A stretch of DNA of 64,000 nt from Azolla caroliniana (GCA_043228905.1 JBHGNT010000004.1:4030001-4094000); one strand, 5' to 3'. Positions 36,430-48,297 are shown, counted from the stretch's first letter. Notes: generated by a model from the letters alone, not told the origin. Numbers and translations are program-made.

Positions 36430-38999
36430 GGTAGTATTACCTCAGTACAAGCTCGTAAAGAAATGCGCAAGATGACACGTCGTAAGAGACGAGCATGGGA
36501 GGCATCCCAATATTGGGAACTCTACCACATGCTCATGAGTAGCGATTGTGCCACTGCATGGAAGAGATTACGGGAACCAAGACCACAAACACCCATCGAA
36601 GATCCCGAAACTTGGCACACTTATACAGAGAGACTTTACCACATCCCAAACCAACCACCCATTCCAATGCCTTCTACACCCCGACCTACTGTGGGGACAC
36701 TCTTCACGACCTCTAGGGTCACGAAGGTCATAAAGAAATTACAACATAGGAAGTCCATGGACCACACAGGATTGCGAGCAGAACACATCATATACGCGAG
36801 AGAGTGCCTAGCTCCCTTGCTTACTCTAATCTTCAATCGTGCAGAGGGTTTTCCATCACAATGGACCATGAACACAGTGGCCCCCATACATAAGGGGGGG
36901 ACCCCATGGACCCAAATACTTATAGGACCATTATGATAGGTCATACCCTTGCTAAATTATATGGTGCAGTAATGGAGGCAGAGCTTAGCGAGTATATGGA
37001 GACCTTAAATCTTCGTGCACCTGAACATGCTGGCTTTAGACGAGCCTTCTCCACTATTGACCATATCTTCACACTTAGATGCTTAATTGACCAAACTAAG
37101 GCTCGCAAGAAGAAACTATATTGTTGTTTTGTGGACTTCCGCAAAGCCTTTGACACGGTCCCTAGAGAGCGGTTGTTTGATAGGCTTAAGAGCTTGAGGA
37201 TACCAGATGACATGGTTTGGGCCATCTACGCACTATATGAACAAGTGTCCGGGTGTATTCGATGCCCAGGCGGCATATCCGATAGTTTCACTAGCACTAT
37301 TGGTGTAAAACAAGGTTGCCCCTTATCTCCGACTCTTTTTGGGATCTACATTGATGAGATCACAGATTTTATTGCTCGTAAGGGAGGCAATGGAGTAGTC
37401 CTGGGGGATACGCAGGTGCGTATCTTGCTCTATGCAGACAACATAGTTTTGCTCTCTGAATCCGAACACGACCTACAAAGGCACCTTAATGCCTTAGATG
37501 ACTTTTGCACACAACGAGGATTGGTTGTGAATCTAGGGAAAACTAAAGTCCTTATCTTCCACACGTTGGCCCAAGTTAGAGCTAAGTGTCACCTAACTAT
37601 CTCCCATAGCCCAGTTGAGGTGGTTGGATCATATGTCTATCTTGGAGTCACTTTCAGTGCCCGCTCAGGTAAATTTTCGATGACACAAGCAACGAAGGAT
37701 AGACTTACAAGAGGACATGCATCCCTCTCACTCCTCGAGAGACAATGCCACCAAGCATACTTCCAAGAGCCACGAACTAAAGGGTGGCTCTTTGACTCAT
37801 TAGTGACTCCCTCTCTCATGTATGCATCAGCGGTTTGGGCCCCAAGACTACCATCTTTCATGTGGACACAATTAGAGAGACCATTGGTGATGATGTTATC
37901 ACGCCAACTCCGAAGCAAATCGTCGGTCCCACATGACATTATTAGGGCTGAGTTCACTCTACCCCCTATGTTAGTAGAAGCACTTTTTCAACTGGTAGTC
38001 TTCATACACAGGATACATAACCAACCACTTGATAGAATATCCCACCAAGCCTTTAAGGCTTCTCGAGCACTGTATGAGTCCGGCTATACTAGCTCATGGT
38101 ATGGCATGATGGTGAGTTGGCTTCTTGCCAACGGTCTAGACATTACTAACCTCCCCCCCCTTAAGTACGACCACACGACTGATAACACTTTAATCTCTCA
38201 TGAGGACCGTAATAAAGTAATACGCCAAGAAATATGGCAAATTTATACTTGGTATAAATGGATCACCCCACTAGAGCCACTCCCATCTAAAATGTCGTAC
38301 TATAAGGAACACTTTATGCACTTCTCTGAGTTAGGTTTTATCACGCGCCCAAAATATCTAGATGTATTCTTACCACATGCACTAAGGGTTGCCATTGGTC
38401 AACTTAGAATATCATCTCACCAACTTGAGATTGAGAATGGACGTACTAATGGAGTCCCTAGGGAGGAAAGGATATGTAGGTTATGCCACATAGAGATAGA
38501 GGATGAGTACCATTTTACATGCAAATGCCCCACCTATGCCGAGATAAGGGCAAAATACCAAGACATACTTGGTTCCTCTCCCACCCTCCCTAAACTATTA
38601 GATACAATAGATATGAAGAAATTAGGTAGATACATCTTAGAATTGAAACAACACAGAGAGAATAAATTACAAAACGTTGATAATAATGTTGCTAATGTTT
38701 ACCAAAATATAACAAATGAAGTTTTTCAGGAACAGGGGGAGACAATGAATGTCGACACACCTGCACCACTCGGACTTCTCCTTGATGAAGCAGAAAATCA
38801 AAGAAGAACCAAACGCCCTCGGATGCCGGGTTTCAAAGCAACTCGACGAGATGTAGAAGCAATAAAGAAAATAAGGGAACGTGAACTACACCGCCCAGAA
38901 GCCATGGCTAGGGCACTCTATGCATCGGGACCATGGGTCACACCCACACCAAAAACTTTTGACCTCCCACTTCTTTTTGAGAGACTTGGGTGGAAATGA
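36430..38999 (+). pseudogene. LINE ORF2 fragment (RT plus CCHC zinc finger; no endonuclease)
   Basis: Frameshift at the G-run near 36894-36900; YADD mutated to YADN; ORF 36906-38999. Confidence 0.85.
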
Positions 39000-39170
39000 G
39001 ATTAGACTTAGTGCAAAGTTTTGTACACTACTAGAACTTTCTTAGCTTAAGCTATTTTCTTTTATTTTTAGTTTTGATGATTGGATAAACACTCATTTTT
39101 GTTGTAACCTATTTGTCTCATGGGCCAAATTTGGCCTTAGAAGACGTTAATATATCTTTCTTTCTTTCTT
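36430..39170 (+). mobile_element. 5'-truncated non-LTR retrotransposon (LINE), RTEX-like
   Basis: Absent from the partner 3' LTR; RT motifs FVDFRKAFD, GVKQGCPLSP, YADN; C-terminal LRISSHQLEIENGR...RICRLC...EDEYHFTCKC; (CTTT)n tail. Confidence 0.88.
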
Positions 39171-39172
39171 TT

Positions 39173-39240
<68 letters not shown>

Positions 39241-39389
39241 GTTGCTTCCGGTGTGCTCCTGGGATGCCTCGGAGACGGTGAAGCACGACTTCCTACGCTC
39301 CATCGCTCCCTAGTCCAAGACCCCCGTGGTCCCGCCTTTCTCCACGCACGCGCGTAGCAACGCGACATATTTGGTGAACCCGACGTGAA

Positions 39390-40844
39390 ATGCGGCAAGG
39401 GAGGATGAAGTCGGAAGATGACGACCTTGCGGAGATGGTGGCTGAAGTGGTGTTGGAGTCGGCACGAGTGGTGATGAGGCGAGAAGCAGCGCAACAAGCG
39501 GCTGAGCGAGTGGTCGAAAGAGTCGGCCATTTCAACGGGGACAAAGTCCCATCTTACTTGGAAGCCTACAACGCGGAAATGGAGGAGCGTGGCGTAGACG
39601 AGGCATTAAGGCTGGAGTTCTTCTGTCGGGTCGTGGTTGTCCAGATGCATGCGGAAATAAAGGAGCTCCATGAGGCTCATAGTTCGTGGGAGGCCTTCGA
39701 AGAGGCGCTCCTGAAGGCATACGGAGGACGGCGGAAGAGCCGGGGACGACACGACTTTGACCAGTGGGTAGCATCGGCAAAGACCCACCGGGGCGCTGCC
39801 AAGGCGTTTCGAGAGTTCGAGCGGCGCCTTGCTCGGCTCCCGGAGGGGAAACAAGGTTTGGTGGGGGCAGACAAGGTCCTATTGTTCGTCAGGTCGATCG
39901 ACCGAGCGTTACGGGAGGCCATCAGGATTGAGCTCGAAGACGATGATGGAGCGAATGGGCTTACGGAGGACTGGTTGAAGGTCGGAAGGGTGTGCCAACG
40001 GCTAGACAACGAGCGAGCCGAGAAGGCTAAGAGGAAGGTACGTGATGGCGTGCCATCACAGCGGGAAGAGGCCGAACGGCAAAAAGAGTCGGCAAGGGTC
40101 GGCGTTGGGGCCAGGATTGCGGAGGCGTACGTAGCTCTCGAGGCGATGCTCGAGGAAGAGGAAAGACGGAGGCCGCAAGCCGAGACTGAGAAGACGGACT
40201 TGCCCCACGCGACGGCGGAAGATCGGTACGACGGTACCACGGGAGAGGGTGCAGAACGAAACGCCCTCTCGACTTGCGGAGATAGAACGGCCAAGGACGA
40301 GGCCGAGATACAGATCGCGGAACCGGAACGTTGGGACCAGCGGTTTCGAGCATGTCAGCCCGAGATCTCGGTCATTGGAGAAGCAAGCCCAGACGGGGCT
40401 TGCGCGATCGGTAAGAAGACGACCGCCGACCACGAAGAGTCGGTGGCTACGGACAAGGGCGTGAAACGGACGGGCGATTCCTTGTGTCTTCCCACACTTG
40501 CTCCCGAGATGATGGCAGTCGGTCCCGAGTGCCCACGTGAGTCCCAAGCGGAGGAAGGCGGCGGCAAAAGGCCAAGAATCACCGGTGAGAAGATACATGG
40601 AAGGAACGGACGAAAGCCCACGGACCCGATTCCGGAGAACTCGGCATTCGGGCCCGTATGCCCATGTAAGACCGAGGAGATGGATGGCGGTACCGAGGAG
40701 TCTTGGCACGATGCCAGCGAAGATGGATGGGAAATGGCCTGTGAGGAGGCCGAGGACAGACGCGGCACGAGGAGATCGGCATTCCGATACGGGTGGAGCG
40801 TGATCCGGTCGTGGATCGTTCGATCGGGGCCGGATTCGGCGTGA
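39390..40844 (+). CDS. Gag (capsid-like) ORF of H, no zinc knuckle
   Basis: ATG directly after the PBS; FNGDKVPSYLEAYNAEM...VLLFVRSID...GLTEDW aligns with the Gag of F, G and I. Confidence 0.75.
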   Translation: MRQGRMKSEDDDLAEMVAEVVLESARVVMRREAAQQAAERVVERVGHFNGDKVPSYLEAYNAEMEERGVDEALRLEFFCRVVVVQMHAEIKELHEAHSSWEAFEEALLKAYGGRRKSRGRHDFDQWVASAKTHRGAAKAFREFERRLARLPEGKQGLVGADKVLLFVRSIDRALREAIRIELEDDDGANGLTEDWLKVGRVCQRLDNERAEKAKRKVRDGVPSQREEAERQKESARVGVGARIAEAYVALEAMLEEEERRRPQAETEKTDLPHATAEDRYDGTTGEGAERNALSTCGDRTAKDEAEIQIAEPERWDQRFRACQPEISVIGEASPDGACAIGKKTTADHEESVATDKGVKRTGDSLCLPTLAPEMMAVGPECPRESQAEEGGGKRPRITGEKIHGRNGRKPTDPIPENSAFGPVCPCKTEEMDGGTEESWHDASEDGWEMACEEAEDRRGTRRSAFRYGWSVIRSWIVRSGPDSA

Positions 40845-41267
40845 AAGTGCCGATACGGAAGGGGGTGTGGGACGAGCTGCCCTCTTTTACATGGGGAGAA
40901 AGACCGACCGGGCGAAGGTCGAGAGTTGGAAGGAGAACGAAAGCCGGTCCTATGGAGTTCCTTACACCGATCCGGCTGCCGGCCCGAGTGCCGGCGTGAG
41001 TCCTATAAGAGAGATCGGTGGCGACAGGAGAACGGGACTCGGCAATCAGGAGAATGACGAACGGACCCGAGAGAGAACCGGGCGGAGCGGACTCTCGGAT
41101 GACCATTCCGGGAAGGAGGAAGAGAGCTGGCCTACGAAGAGGCCGAGGACACGGTGTCGTAGTGTATTTCGTACACTACGTGAAAAAGTAAAAATAATAT
41201 AACCGATTTAATTACATATAAATAAATAAAATAATATATCAAGATATTTATCACGTGCATAGGGCAA

Positions 41268-41320
41268 GATTCGAACCTTGTACCTCCACGTAGCCAAACC
41301 TCAACTTTACCATTATGCTA
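41268..41320 (-). promoter_or_regulatory. tRNA-like RNA Pol III A box/B box in the LTR of I (second copy at 44049-44101)
   Basis: Minus strand TAGCATAATGG ... 32 nt ... GGTTCGAATC, with T-runs downstream. Confidence 0.55.
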
Positions 41321-41982
41321 CCTTATCTTTAGTGTTCTATAAATAGATTTAATAACTATAAGTGCTTTATTTGCGCCTACCTTTATTAAAAGGTAAATCA
41401 TGCATTTTTAGAGTGCGTGAATATTTTATAGAAAAACGCAAGCAACTAAAAAGTGACTCATGCACATCTAGCGTGCATGAGCACTATATTTAGCAAATAA
41501 AAGCAAGGATTAGAAAAGCATCACATGCACATTTAGTGTGCATGAACATATTAGAAAAAAAAAGCATGTAGCTATGCTTAGTCTCTCCCATCACTACATA
41601 AGGATGGGGAGCACAATGTAATAGGTGTGTGAAATATTTGGAAATTGGATATATTTCCGAAAACACCAACCGATTAATATAATCGTGGGATTCACGAAAA
41701 TAATATAATCTATACTTGTGGGATTCACAAGTTTCTTATATCTTTCTTTCAATCTAAATACATATTCTTATCTAAATATTGATTAATCGAATACAATACA
41801 CTTGTGGGATTCACGAAATTTCTATCTCTCTTTCTAATAATCTATTCATTAATAGCCTCATCTCATATTCTTCTTTCTCCTAGTCCAAAACCTCAGTGGT
41901 TCCCACCCGACTCACGCAACGATCCGGAGCCGAAAGGCACGACACAGTTGGTGAACCCGACGCGAAGACGGGTGGCAAGGAG

Positions 41983-43983
41983 ATGGAGAATCAACAAGAG
42001 GCAATGAGCATAACGATGATGATGATGTTCGAGCGGATGCTACAAGAACAACGAGTGATGTCGGAGATCACGGCGGCAATAGAGCGGCTTGTGCGACGAA
42101 ATGGGGAATTTAACGGAAATGATGTGTCATGTTATCTACGTGACTACAAGGCGGAGATGATACGATGTGGGATACCGGAAGGATTGCAAGTGACATCCTT
42201 CAATCGGGTGGCCACGGATGAGCTACAAGAGAGAATCCACAAGATACGGCAACAAAACTCGACATGGGGGTCATTCGAAGAAGCTTTACGAGAGGCATAT
42301 GATTACGATAGACCGAAGGGACGAGATCGGCGAGAGTTCGATGAATGGGTGGCATCGGAGAAGACCCACCGAAGTGCAACACAAGCATTCCTAGAGTTCG
42401 AGAATCGTTTTGCTCGACTCTCGGAGCGGGAACAACGATTGGTGGGAGAGGATAAAGTCCTAATGCTCGTAAAATCGATCGATCGAAAAGAAAGGATGGA
42501 CATCGGGATCGAACTCGAAGACGATGAAGGTACGAATGGTCTTACCGAAGATTGGGCCGAAGTCCAAAGGGTATGCCGGAGACATGATGAGAGGAAGATG
42601 AGAATCTTGTCAATGACATGGCCGATGAAGGATGGTCGATTGAAGACAAACGATGGAGCCGATATGAAGGCCGAAATACAACATGATGGTGCGACGGAAG
42701 AGGGTGTAAAACAAGCTACCCTCTTGTCTTGCAAAAGAACAACGACGAAGGATAAGGCCGATAACCCAAGTATAGAAGAAGATTTCAGAATACAAGTGTC
42801 CGAAACATCGGGTGAAAAAGGGGTAAGCATAATTGATGCAGTGAAAGAGAGCAAGGAGGACTTGATTGAGGAGGTCGCCACGAAAGATGACATCGAATTG
42901 AAGGTGGCTATGGACGAATCAATGACGGATGGCCATATCGAGACTTCCCCACCACTAATTCTAGAGACTCCGGCGGTTGCGTTCGAAAGGCAACGTGAGA
43001 CCGAAGAGACGGAAGGTGGCGGAGAGAAAACAAAGGTCAAAGTCGATGCATACAACGGAGAGATAGCCGAGAATATGGCTATGGGTGAAACAATGGAGGA
43101 TGATAATACCGAGGATTCCTACCCACTAATCCTAGAGACTTCGGCGGTTGTGTCTGAGAAGCAACATGAGACCCGAGAGACGGGAGGTGGCGGCAAGAAA
43201 GGTAAAGTCGGAAGCCAGTTAGGATGGAAGGTGATCCGGACGGGATTCCGATCCGAAAGAAAGCCGAACCGGGTAAAAGAGGATTCGACCGAAAGTCGAC
43301 CCGAAAGAAAGCCGAACCGAAAGAAAGAGAATTCGGCCGAAAGACGACACAAACGAAAGCTGAATCGGGCGAATGAGGATTCGGCCGAAAGACGACCCGA
43401 AAGAAAGCCGACCCGAAAAGGGGTCGACTCGGTCAAAACCGATCGACCGAGTCTAACTTGGCCGAACGCGAATATGGATGGGAGCCGACCTAGCCGAAAG
43501 CCAATCGGACGAGACCGATCCGGAAAGAAGCTAATCCGACTCAATCGTAGGTTGGACCGGTTGAGGCTGGTGAAAACGAGGAAAAGAAAGCCAACCGAAA
43601 CCAAAACCGATAGATCGAAACCGGGCCGGAAGGAGACCGACTCAATCGAAACCGAACAACCGATTCCGATTCAGCCGAATACGAATCCGATCGGAAGCCG
43701 ATCAAACCGAAAGTCGATCGGACGAGAGCGATCCGGAAAAAAGTCAAGGTTGATGAAGACAAGAAAGAGGCCAGTAAAAGACACTACCACAAATGACAAG
43801 GGCCAAGAATATGACGAGAGAGAACAAAGAATATGGTGGATCGGATGGCGACAATGGTTCGGGTGGAAAGAATGGGTCTACTCAAAATGGAGAGACAAAG
43901 TTGACATAGCGGGACAAACGGAGGATGAAGGGGAGTGTCGTAGTGTATTTCGTACACTACGTGAAAAAGTAAAAATAATATAA
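41983..43983 (+). CDS. Intact Gag-derived ORF of I (capsid-like, acidic repeat, R/K/P-rich tail); stops inside the 3' LTR
   Basis: About 666 codons from ATG 41983 without stops; FNGNDVSCYLRDYKAEM...GLTEDW; RPERKPNR-type repeats. Confidence 0.8.
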   Translation: MENQQEAMSITMMMMFERMLQEQRVMSEITAAIERLVRRNGEFNGNDVSCYLRDYKAEMIRCGIPEGLQVTSFNRVATDELQERIHKIRQQNSTWGSFEEALREAYDYDRPKGRDRREFDEWVASEKTHRSATQAFLEFENRFARLSEREQRLVGEDKVLMLVKSIDRKERMDIGIELEDDEGTNGLTEDWAEVQRVCRRHDERKMRILSMTWPMKDGRLKTNDGADMKAEIQHDGATEEGVKQATLLSCKRTTTKDKADNPSIEEDFRIQVSETSGEKGVSIIDAVKESKEDLIEEVATKDDIELKVAMDESMTDGHIETSPPLILETPAVAFERQRETEETEGGGEKTKVKVDAYNGEIAENMAMGETMEDDNTEDSYPLILETSAVVSEKQHETRETGGGGKKGKVGSQLGWKVIRTGFRSERKPNRVKEDSTESRPERKPNRKKENSAERRHKRKLNRANEDSAERRPERKPTRKGVDSVKTDRPSLTWPNANMDGSRPSRKPIGRDRSGKKLIRLNRRLDRLRLVKTRKRKPTETKTDRSKPGRKETDSIETEQPIPIQPNTNPIGSRSNRKSIGRERSGKKSRLMKTRKRPVKDTTTNDKGQEYDEREQRIWWIGWRQWFGWKEWVYSKWRDKVDIAGQTEDEGECRSVFRTLREKVKII

Positions 43984-46730
43984 CCGATTTAATTACATAT
44001 AAATAAATAAAATAATATATCAAGATACTTATCACGTGCATAGGGGAAGATTCGAACCTTGTACCTCCACGTAGCCAAACCTCAACTTTACCATTATGCT
44101 ACCTTATCTTTAGTGTTCTATAAATAGATTTAATAACTATAAGTGCTTTATTTGCGCCTACCTTTATTAAAAGGTAAATCATGCATTTTTAGAGTGCGTG
44201 AATATTTTATAGAAAAACGCAAGCAACTAAAAAGTGACTCATGCACATCTAGCGTGCATGAGCACTATATTTAGCAAATAAAAGCAAGGATTAGAAAAGC
44301 ATCACATGCACATTTAGTGTGCATGAACATATTAGAAAAAAAAAGCATGTAGCTATGCTTAGTCTCTCCCATCACTACATAAGGATGGGGAGCACAATGT
44401 AATAGGTGTGTGAAATATTTGGAAATTGGATATATTTCCGAAAACACCAACCGATTAATATAATCGTGGGATTCACGAAAATAATATAATCTATACTTGT
44501 GGGATTCACAAGTTTCTTATATCTTTCTTTCAATCTAAATACATATTCTTATCTAAATATTGATTAATCGAATACAATACACTTGTGGGATTCACGAAAT
44601 TTCTATCTCTCTTTCTAATAATCTATTCATTAATAGCCTCATCTCATATTCTTCTTTCTCCTAGTCCAAAACCTCAGTGGTTCCCACCCGACTCACGCAA
44701 CGATCCGGAGCCGAAAGGCACGACAACGGTACGTCGGTACCACGGGAGAGGGTGCAAAATAAAACGCCCTCTCGGCATGCGGAAAAGGACGACCCGGGAC
44801 AGGGTCGGGAAGACAAATCGGAGGCCTACGGAGGATCCTTCACACCGGTTCTAGAGACTTCGGTAGTCGGCAACGCGGTCGACGTAAGACCAAGATACTG
44901 ACGGTGGCGGCGAGGTGACGAAGGCGAAGGGGCTACGGATGGGTAGTCTACGGAGGATCCTTCACACCGGTTCTAGAGACTTCGGTAGTCGGCAACGTGG
45001 TCGACGTAAGACCAAGATACTGACGGTGGCGGCGAGGTGACGAAGGCAAGGGCGTAAGGAAGTCCGGTCCTACGGGATCCCCACACTTAACTAGAGACTC
45101 CGGCAGTTCGGCCAACGTGGCAACATGAGACCGAGAGAGAAGGTTGGTGGCGGCAAGAAACGGGACCCGACTACGCGGAAGACACGAGGAGAATCCGGGA
45201 GGGACTCCAACAAAAGACACCCGAATTTCGGCAAGCCTAGAAACGGAGTCCGGTCCTATGGGACCCTCACACCAATCCGGAGACCCCGGCTGATCGGCCA
45301 ACGCGGCAACGTAAGACCGATGGAGAAGGACGGTGGCGGCAAGGAACGGGACCCGACGACACGAGGTTTCGGAAGGAGCCGGTAGGGGCAAACACGGGGA
45401 GGTGTGTCAGGCCGGAAAGGCACACCTGGGGCAGAACAAGAGTCTCGCAAGTGGCCATCGCGGGCCGGATTGAAGCGTGACTACGGGACAGTGTTTGGCG
45501 CGGGCGGGGCCGAACGAAGGAAGCGGAAGACGGCACAAGGGAGGTGTCGGGAACGAGGTGACAAGTGCCTACTGGACTGCACAAGGTCGGAGTCAGGGGA
45601 TGGCAAGAGAGGCCGGAGGAGGATCCTCCACACTCGCTTCGTAGATCTCGGTAGCTCCGTCGAAGTAGCGAAGACTGACACGGCAAGCCGGGATGACAAG
45701 CTGGTGGGGGCAAGGGGACGACGGCAAACGGAAGACTCAGGACCTGTTGCTGCAGCACGAAGACCGAAAGGGGATCCTCCACACCATTCCGGAGACCATG
45801 GCGGTTTGAGCCGACTCGGTGATGTAAGACCATGGAGAAGGAAGGTGGCGGCGAGAGGACAAGGGCATACGACGGGAGCGGGGTGTTCATACGGCCGAAC
45901 AAGGGCCAGTGGAAGTACGCGTACTACGGAGATCGTGGCAGAGCACCCATCGATGGGTCGAACGAGCCTACGGGGAGGTAAGCGCGAAGGAAGAATCAAA
46001 GCCAACGGATCAAACCGGCAGCGAGCCGGGATGCGGATCACGGAAGACCGGTTTCTCACCGGCCGAAATCTCTCACCCTTCAACCGGACTTGGCACATGC
46101 CGGTGGATGTGCGGTTAGGTGGGGACGGATGTCATGAAGAATTTCGGCCAGAGGCGGAAATCGGGAAACATTGGCTACATTGGCGGGGTGCAGCGTGTGT
46201 ACGCACCCATGAACATTTAGTGTGAATAACGAGGGCGCCTTTATGGCGCCGCAGAGTAGTCAAGTCGGGACAGACGGTCCCATGTAAGTCGGGGTTTATC
46301 CCACATTGTAACGCATCCCTGTCCTTGTTCTATAAAAGGAAGGGAACACCCTTTTGGAAAGGGTTGCCCATTTTGCATTAGAGGGTATACCGTTAGGTTT
46401 AGAGTTAGGTTCTTCTTCTTCTTCTCCCCCTTCGTGTTCGCTTAGGGTTTGCTTCAGCTCATCTCTTGCGCAAGACCTCGCTCGGCACGACGAGCCCGCG
46501 AGCTCCCCGATCGGCGGCTTGGCAACTGACGACTACTGTAACCTACCTCGGTCCGGCTCGACGCCGGGAATGTATTCTTCTTTTATATATATATATACGT
46601 TTGCGTCTGTCTGTGTATATTCGCGTCTTCGTTGGTGTCGGGTGCTTTCCCCATCCTGCATTTCCTGTACTTAAGGGTGTGAGTCGGGTTGGCCTGTGTG
46701 TGCGTGAGTCGGTGTTAAACGCTCTCTCTC

Positions 46731-46770
<40 letters not shown>

Positions 46771-48297
46771 GTTGCTTCCGGTGTGCTCCTGGGATGCCCC
46801 GGAGACGGTGAAGCACGACTTCCTACGCTCCATCACTCCCTAGTCCAAGACCCCCGTGGTCCCGCCTTTCTCCACGCACACACGTAGCAACGCAACAACG
46901 GTTACGACAGAACTAGATGGAACTGGACGACCAATACAAAATCCGGAACAAGCCGGAAAGCCGCCATCTAGAGAGTGAACGGACAGGATGAGCATCTGAT
47001 GATAGAAACGCCGAACGATGGAATGAATGGACCAAACTAACATGCATGGAAAGACATGGTTGGACCAAAAACACATGGCACACCCGGTGGGACCACGATT
47101 CCTGCAAAGTTCAGAGAACAACAGGAATGGATAACTAGATTGAAGAACAACCCAGTTGCCGAACGAGCGAGAAGACTCGTCGAAAGACTGCAGAGACGGG
47201 AGGCCTACCAGCATGCGACCAAGGAGATTCGACAGGACCAGTCTTTTCCCAGAGAGATTTGGCGGGTTGCGGAGGAATCACTCTGATTATAGAATCAACA
47301 ACATTCGGACGAAGGCAGTAACCTGAGCAGTCTGCATGACGCGGAATCCATACTGCCTACCGTAGCCACAACCACCGGGTACTCGGAAGCATTTTCAATA
47401 TTCAAGTCAAAAAACGAGAGGAATCCAAACCGGTTCTCGGAAGGGGAGAGTGATTGCGTGCCAACACCACCACACTAGATCGACAATCGGAGGAGAATAA
47501 CGATCGTTTGTCGACACCACCACCAAACCGACAATCGGAGGAGAAGAACAATCGTGTGTCGATGCCACCACCGGACCGGAAATCGGAGAAAACGGTGTCG
47601 AGGTTTTCCTCGCGGATGCGTGGAATGAGGCGGGACCTCAGGGGTCCTGTACCGAAGAGCAAGAGAGAAAGGACAAGAGACCCACTACGTGCGAGCGTAG
47701 ATTCACAGGGACACGGCCCTTCGACACAAAGACGCGAGTGGGACAGCGACACAGAGAGACATGAATGTATGTATGTATTAACAAAGACAACAACAAGAAC
47801 ACGGAAGCAACAAAACACGAAGTCGGTTACAACCGAACAGGCCGGCGAACAGATGCCGATGCCTGTTCGTAAACGCACAGAAAGACAGGAGCAGGTTGGA
47901 GGTGCTGCCGGAAGCACTCAGGCATTCCTCAGAGCAGCGCGAGCCTCCCGAAACCTGCACAGAAGGAAGCTATGGAGTTTGCGAACCAGAGAGAGAGAGA
48001 GAAGCCTTCGCACGCAAACCGACAGCACTTCGTCCTCGACTCTCCGCGATCCCCTCCCCCTTCTCGTCTCCCTCCTTTTTATAGGCAAGGAAGGAGCCGT
48101 TTCCCCTTTACTTCCTACCCACTAAATCTACCCGCCTAGGATCTTCTATGGACAACATTCGAGAAGAGTCGGTTCCTACGCTCCTGTGCACCGATTCCGC
48201 TTGTGGACGGTTTTCTTCACGACATCCGCCCCCACCTAACCACGCATCCACCGGCATGCGCCAAATTGAGTTGGGACGGAGAAAACCGGTCCAGCCT

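Larger units (their letters stand above)
41155..44725 (+). mobile_element. Young non-autonomous Gag-only (TR-GAG-like) LTR element I
   Basis: 790-bp AT-rich LTRs 41155-41944 and 43936-44725, about 2 differences seen; TSD ACGG; Trp PBS 41949-41966; PPT GAGGATGAAGGGGAG 43921-43935. Confidence 0.95.
35820..46897 (+). mobile_element. Non-autonomous Gag-only LTR element H (Trp PBS), host of a LINE and of element I
   Basis: 5' LTR 35820-39367 (LINE inside) and 3' LTR 46130-46897; TSD ACGG; PBS 39372-39389; PPT region shared with F and G; no PR/RT/INT motifs. Confidence 0.9.

Noticed and set aside
41250-41330. A bona fide tRNA gene in the LTR of I
   Set aside because: No convincing acceptor or anticodon stems; only A/B boxes, so it is reported as a promoter-like module.
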